Origin: Candidatus Latescibacterota bacterium
GTDB taxonomy: Bacteria; Latescibacterota; CBDEFO01
Direction: 5' to 3'
NCBI GenBank assembly: GCA_965248755.1
Contig: OZ252149.1
Location: forward strand, 1,088,001 to 1,152,000
Length of the DNA stretch: 64,000 nucleotides
The notes beneath the pieces were generated by a model, which saw nothing but the letters and a program-made list of their open reading frames with translations, was not told where the DNA came from and searched no databases. Below are positions 59,308-64,000 of this stretch, piece by piece. Every line of letters begins with the position of its first letter. The first letter of the stretch is position 1. The translations under genes and the position numbers were made by a program.

Positions 59308-60584
59308 TTTATACTCCTTGCTTCTATCAGAACACGTCCTGGTATCGTGCTGCTTGTAAGCGTGGTCGTGGCCTTCCCGTTTGCCGTCAATCTCGGGCTC
59401 CCTATAGACCCCGTTCCCTCTATGATCTTAAATTCCACCTCTGTGTCGTCGGAAAGAGAGGTCCCATTTTTGTCCGTGATGTCTGCCGTGATCGTGGATG
59501 TACTGATACCGTCTGCGACTATAGACCTCGGATTAGCCGAAAGTGTTACTATCACGTCTAAATAGACAACTTCTATCGTGTCGGCTGACTCTAACACCCT
59601 TGCCTCTACCAGAACGGGTCCCGGAGTCGTTGTGCTTGTAAGGACGGTTTCGGCCTCTCCTCCAAACGTGAGTCTCGGGCTCAATACAGAACCGTTGCCG
59701 CTGACGATCTCAAAGTTCACTTCAGTGCTGTCGGGGAGCGCACTGCCTGTCCTGTCGGTGACTGTGGCCGTGATGATAGAGGTTCCCACGCCGCTTGCGG
59801 CTACAAACCTCGGACTTGCAGTCAAGTTTACTACGATTTCGGTGTATATGACCTGCACACTATCCCTCACATCTCCCACTCTAACTTCTACGGAGACTTT
59901 GTCGGGCACAGTACTGCTTCTAAGGATAGTCGAAGCCCTTCCCTCCACGGTAAGTTTAGGGCTTAGGATAGATCCTGAGCCTCCGGGAAGGATAGCAAAG
60001 ATTACAGTAGTGCTGTCCGGGAAGGGATTGTTATTCTGATCTAAAAGAGTGGCAGTAATAGTGGAAGTGCTGACGCCGTTTGCTACGATAGAAGTAGGAC
60101 TAGCGGATAAACTTAAGTTGACCTCAAGGTCACTAACTCGGGCCTCGGCCGCACCCAAGGCGGTGGCAGTGAATGTTGTCGGCGATCCGGAAAGGCCCGG
60201 GGACGTAGCGAAAACAGTGTTTACTCCGGAGATAGGACCGAGCGTGAGCCTTGTGGAAGCTAACCCGTCCGAGCCAGTGACGACAGTATCGGCAGTGACG
60301 GTTCCCCCGCCGGCTGTTACCGTAAAGATTATCGTCACGCCTGCTACAGACGTGTTATTCGGGTCTATAGCTGTGACTACAAGGGGATTGGGGAGGGTAT
60401 GTCCTGCATTGCCAGACTGATTGTTGCCTGAGACTATACGGATATCGAAGTTGACATTGGAACTTAAGCTCGGTTTGCTCGGAGACACTGGATTGTCTTC
60501 ATCGCCGCAGGAAAGAGCAAGAATAAGAAACGTTAAGGACAATAATCCAATTGTAAGACCGAACGCCCTTTTGTTGTCGAACAC
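59308..60584 (-). pseudogene. 5' part of the giant Big_1 repeat lipoprotein
   Basis: GTG start behind AAAGGGAG, lipobox LALS-C and about four Ig-like repeats; reads into the IS end after EARSIN. Confidence 0.9.
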
Positions 60585-60715
60585 AACGTCTCCCTTTGTG
60601 GTGATTACACGCCCGATACGCATTCTGTAATATTATGCTTTCCCCTATTGAAGTAGATAGTAGAACAGACGTTCTGTCTGGTTAGACTGGGTATCCCTTT
60701 CCTGTATGCTGTCTT

Positions 60716-61576
60716 CTATTTTACTTCCCCCTTATAGACGCTTTTCAAGACCATTTGGACCTTGTCTATGAGTTCTATCCATTCAAAAGGCTCTATTAGA
60801 TACTCATCTGCCCCGTACATCATCGCTTTGACTTTATCAGGCGTATCCGAAAGGGGCGTTAACATTATTATCGGTATATGAGATGTCCTTGAATCTTCCT
60901 TAATCCTCTGACACAACTTATGGCTGTCTGTGTCTGGAAGATTTATATCTAAAATGACCAGATCGGGAATTTCCGCTGTGACTCTGTTGAATCCTTCTTC
61001 CCCGTTTCGGGCTTCGATCACTTGGTAGGAAGCCTTGAGGATATCTGACGCCATCTCTCTTTGAGAGGTATGGTCGTCAATTACCAAGACCTTGTCAAAT
61101 ATCCTTTCCTCTCCAAATTCCAAAAGGGTGTCCAGCTCAACTATCCTGTTGTCCAATTTCATTATCAGGTTAATCTGAATATTAAAGACATTTAAGAAGA
61201 ATCGTTTGAAGAGACGCTCTTTATCTTTGAAGAATTTCATAAGATCGACTCTTTCGAACCTTAAAAGGACACACGGGGCCTCTGTCTTCACGGCCTCTTC
61301 GTTATCAGCCTCTGCCTTCACGGTCGCTGTTCTGGCGTACTGTTCTATTATGACCTGAGATCCCAGAGTATCGCCTTCGGTGACTTCAGCCAGCTTTATC
61401 CCTCCAAACCAGACTGAGACCCTTCCTTTTTCAATAATATACATATTCGACCCTTCTTGCCCCTCCTCGATCACCACCTCTCCAGGCGGAAAGTCCTTTC
61501 GCACTCCCACCTTGAGGAACTCCTCTCTATCCTCGTCCGAGAAACCTTTAAATAGTACCTCGATATCTTTGACCAT
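60716..61576 (-). CDS. Cyclic-nucleotide-binding domain plus response-regulator receiver protein
   Basis: VIEEGQEGSNMYIIEKGRV..RTATVKA (cNMP) and KVLVIDD..PDLVILDINLP..IPIIMLT (REC). Confidence 0.9.
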   Translation of the reverse strand: MVKDIEVLFKGFSDEDREEFLKVGVRKDFPPGEVVIEEGQEGSNMYIIEKGRVSVWFGGIKLAEVTEGDTLGSQVIIEQYARTATVKAEADNEEAVKTEAPCVLLRFERVDLMKFFKDKERLFKRFFLNVFNIQINLIMKLDNRIVELDTLLEFGEERIFDKVLVIDDHTSQREMASDILKASYQVIEARNGEEGFNRVTAEIPDLVILDINLPDTDSHKLCQRIKEDSRTSHIPIIMLTPLSDTPDKVKAMMYGADEYLIEPFEWIELIDKVQMVLKSVYKGEVK

Positions 61577-61580
61577 ATTA

Positions 61581-62108
61581 TTACTCCTCTGCCAATGAGG
61601 GCAAAGAGACGAAAAAGTTCAGCGGCTCGGTCACAGCGTCCAGGAACGAAGCCGTAACCTCAACTCTTCCCCGTGTCCTCGGCGACACCGCAATAAACGT
61701 GACATTGGATGTGAACTCCCTCTTGTTGTTCTCCAGGATATCGACCGTAATCTGTTTGGGAGCTAAAGATCCGCCGAATGTAGTGTTCAAGACTATTTCC
61801 CCAGTCGTTCCGACGGGTATATTGCTCCCGTCTGTTCGCCTGAGTGTCGTTACTATGGGTGCTTCATCACCTACTTCCAAAAATCGGTTCGGCGTGAAAA
61901 GCGTCAGCGTGAAATCTAGATCAGAAGTGACAGCTGAGACTGTCTTTCCCTCCGTACCACATCCTGAGAGGAAAATCAAAATCAAAATCGAAGAGAGAAG
62001 ATAGTAGACGATAGACAGATCCCCGATTGAATCTATCGGGGACAGGGCACCGCCTCGCATCCCTGTGAGCTGTCTGCTTGCCTCTGCGTGTTTACTAATC
62101 TGAATCAA
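61581..62108 (-). CDS. Hypothetical lipoprotein with one Ig-like domain; start uncertain
   Basis: Hydrophobic stretch with lipobox LSG-C; beta-rich mature part. Confidence 0.6.
   Translation of the reverse strand: MIQISKHAEASRQLTGMRGGALSPIDSIGDLSIVYYLLSSILILIFLSGCGTEGKTVSAVTSDLDFTLTLFTPNRFLEVGDEAPIVTTLRRTDGSNIPVGTTGEIVLNTTFGGSLAPKQITVDILENNKREFTSNVTFIAVSPRTRGRVEVTASFLDAVTEPLNFFVSLPSLAEE
62022..62040 (-). repeat. 19-nt palindromic micro-element, copy 4
   Basis: TC-[CCCGATTGAATCTATCGGG]-GA. Confidence 0.9.
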
Positions 62109-63313
62109 CCTAATAGCTCCTCCATCTTCTTTTTGTTGTTGGCAAAGTTCATCGTCTCTTCTTTGGATATCTTCCGGTTTTGATAGAGCCGTTTGAGTTC
62201 CTGCTCCATAGTCTGCATCCCCAGCGAGCTCCCCTCGTACATCATCTGGTAAATCTCGCCCGTGTTGTTATTTTTTATCGCCGATTTGACGGACGAGGTC
62301 ATAAGCATAATCTCCCTGGCAGCAACGCGCTTCCCATCTAAAGTCGGTATAAGCTGTTGTGATATCACGCATTTCAGGGTCTCAGCCAGGCGCTCTCTGA
62401 CCCTGTTTTGCTCCTCTGAGGGACATTCGCCAATAATTCTGTCTATGCTCTCCACAGCCGACGCCGTATGCAACGTGGAGAAGACCTTATGACCGCTGTC
62501 AGTGATCTCCAGTGCCGTTATGATGGTCTCCGGATCTCTCATCTCTCCGATCACTATGATATCGGGGTCCTGACGAAGCGCCTCTATCGCCCCGAATTTG
62601 AAAGACTTGACGTCCCTTCCCACCTCCCTGTGGCGGACTATGCAACTTTTCGACTCGTGGATATTTTCTACAGGCGAGGCTATGATCACGATGTGGCCAT
62701 TTGACATCTCATTGTTGGCATCTATTATGCTGTCCAAGGTTGTACTCTTACCACTGCCTGTGATCCCCGTTACGAGCGTGAGCCCTTGTTTATCGTACTT
62801 TAAGATTATGGATCTGGCTACGTTGGGATGCAGTTCCATGCCTTTGAAGGGCCGTATCTCTCCGGCGATGAGCCTCATATTAAGAGCCAGATGATCTAAG
62901 TCGAAGTACATATCCGCCCTATAGCGATTTTCCTGCCCGTTGTGTGAAACGCCGTAGGAGAAGTCAAGATTCCGATTTTCCAAAAGGTAGTCCCGCTGGC
63001 TCTCCATTATGAGGCTGTGCAGCATGAGGTCCATCTCATCGTGGCTGAAGGGATCTATCTCTTCATCCGGCTCCTTCTCACCCTGAACCCTGTACCACAC
63101 CCTGTTCCTGCACCCAGAGCTTCCCATGTCTACGTCCGAAGAATCCTTCTCCGGCATCTTCACGAGAAAGCTATCTATAGTCTCCTTCAGCACGAGCTGA
63201 ACTTTAATGGGCAGCGATGTGATGATGCTTCCCACTTGTTGCTGTCGTTCTATCCCGGTCAGGCTCTGCTGGATCTTCGGTGTCAGCTTGCTAAGTATCT
63301 CTTTGACGATCAT
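62105..63313 (-). CDS. pilT: PilT/PilU-family type IV pilus retraction ATPase
   Basis: GITGSGKSTT, HREVGRD, ALRQDPDIIVIGEMRD, GHKVFSTLH and SQQLIP. Confidence 0.88.
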   Translation of the reverse strand: MIVKEILSKLTPKIQQSLTGIERQQQVGSIITSLPIKVQLVLKETIDSFLVKMPEKDSSDVDMGSSGCRNRVWYRVQGEKEPDEEIDPFSHDEMDLMLHSLIMESQRDYLLENRNLDFSYGVSHNGQENRYRADMYFDLDHLALNMRLIAGEIRPFKGMELHPNVARSIILKYDKQGLTLVTGITGSGKSTTLDSIIDANNEMSNGHIVIIASPVENIHESKSCIVRHREVGRDVKSFKFGAIEALRQDPDIIVIGEMRDPETIITALEITDSGHKVFSTLHTASAVESIDRIIGECPSEEQNRVRERLAETLKCVISQQLIPTLDGKRVAAREIMLMTSSVKSAIKNNNTGEIYQMMYEGSSLGMQTMEQELKRLYQNRKISKEETMNFANNKKKMEELLG

Positions 63314-63406
63314 CTATACTCTACACCTCCTTCATACAGGTTCAGTCAAAAAGCCCGTCTATCTATCTCTTTGACCATAGCAGCAGATATTGCGTACGCT
63401 CTATTA

Positions 63407-63967
63407 TTAAAGATTTTTAGGGGCTATTTTAAGGTAATAATAGGCCGTCGCGTAATCTCCGTCGTATTCGTATAGGCTCTGAACGGTCATTTCCACCTCA
63501 ATTTTCTTTATTTCGGCCTTATCTGTCGTAGTATTTCCATCTGAGTCGTAATAAGTAAGATTAAAACTCGTCACTCCCAGATCTATGTCATTTTCCGACT
63601 CACTTCCTGCAAGGCGGTAGAGAATATAAGTATCCGTATTCCGGTCACTTATAGTTGTATCGGTCGGGTTCGAAGCCATATAGTAGCGGAGTGAGTCCAC
63701 ATCGCCGTCATCGTCTATGTCGGTCCAGAATGTAATGCGGTCGGTGCCTGCCGTTATGATAGCAGTATCAGGATCATCCACTCCATATCCTATCTGTCTG
63801 AGATCATAGTCCAGAAGCTCTCCTATCGAAGCCGCGTTTTGTTGAGTTATAAGCTCCAGATTCCCCGAGAAAGACCTGTCCATAAGATCGGCGTTCAGGT
63901 TCAGGACTATAATCAATAAGATCCCGCCCACAAAGAACGAACCTAATATATCCAGAGCCGCATTCAT
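63407..63967 (-). CDS. Pilin-like (minor pilin/PilW-like) protein
   Basis: N-terminal hydrophobic helix, DLRQIGY motif, beta-rich head; located in the pilus locus. Confidence 0.6.
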   Translation of the reverse strand: MNAALDILGSFFVGGILLIIVLNLNADLMDRSFSGNLELITQQNAASIGELLDYDLRQIGYGVDDPDTAIITAGTDRITFWTDIDDDGDVDSLRYYMASNPTDTTISDRNTDTYILYRLAGSESENDIDLGVTSFNLTYYDSDGNTTTDKAEIKKIEVEMTVQSLYEYDGDYATAYYYLKIAPKNL

Positions 63968-64000
63968 TGCCCCTCACCTTACTATCGAGCGCTCCCTTAA

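Noticed and set aside
50531..60630. Long plus-strand ORFs opposite the Ig-repeat gene (e.g. 56768-57652), and similar shadow ORFs such as 9917-10930, 6223-7050 and 34835-35647
   Set aside because: Antisense shadows of real genes caused by codon bias; no independent motifs.
60662..60675. AGAACAGACGTTCT, a Firmicutes-type LexA box upstream of the adhesin
   Set aside because: An 8-base pattern is expected about once per 64 kb by chance, and I saw no such box upstream of dinB.
1..64000. CRISPR array
   Set aside because: No regularly spaced repeat-spacer series and no cas genes. The palindromes are dispersed singly.

Overview
Bacterial window with two parts. (1) Positions ~1-41978 are an accessory, partly decayed catabolic island that ends at the 3' end of a tRNA-Ala(GGC) gene (41979-42054, minus strand). 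It holds an MDR dehydrogenase, dinB, an HpcH aldolase, a DegT aminotransferase with a Gfo/Idh/MocA oxidoreductase, a cytochrome P450, an FG-GAP repeat protein, at least 8 BNR/Asp-box (sialidase-like) genes including a five-member mosaic paralog family, GH127-like and atypical GH32 hydrolases, two sodium:solute symporters, a dipeptidase and a ClC-like protein. It also holds many pseudogene, IS and integrase remnants and an internal degenerate att repeat. (2) Positions ~42056-64000 look like core genome, with all genes except the IS1380 transposase on the minus strand. They include a type IV pilus locus with apparent PilM-PilN-AMIN and PilO-PilP fusions, PilQ, PilT and a ~2800-aa Ig-repeat lipoprotein split in two by an IS1380 element (5-bp TSD). 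The most unexpected signals read directly from the sequence are a 19-nt palindromic micro-element found five times inside the site TC^GA (or its mutated form), with two copies shown to be insertions, and repeated non-ATG codons (ATT, CTG, ATA) at the expected start positions of secreted island proteins. All product calls come from motif recognition by eye; no database search was run.
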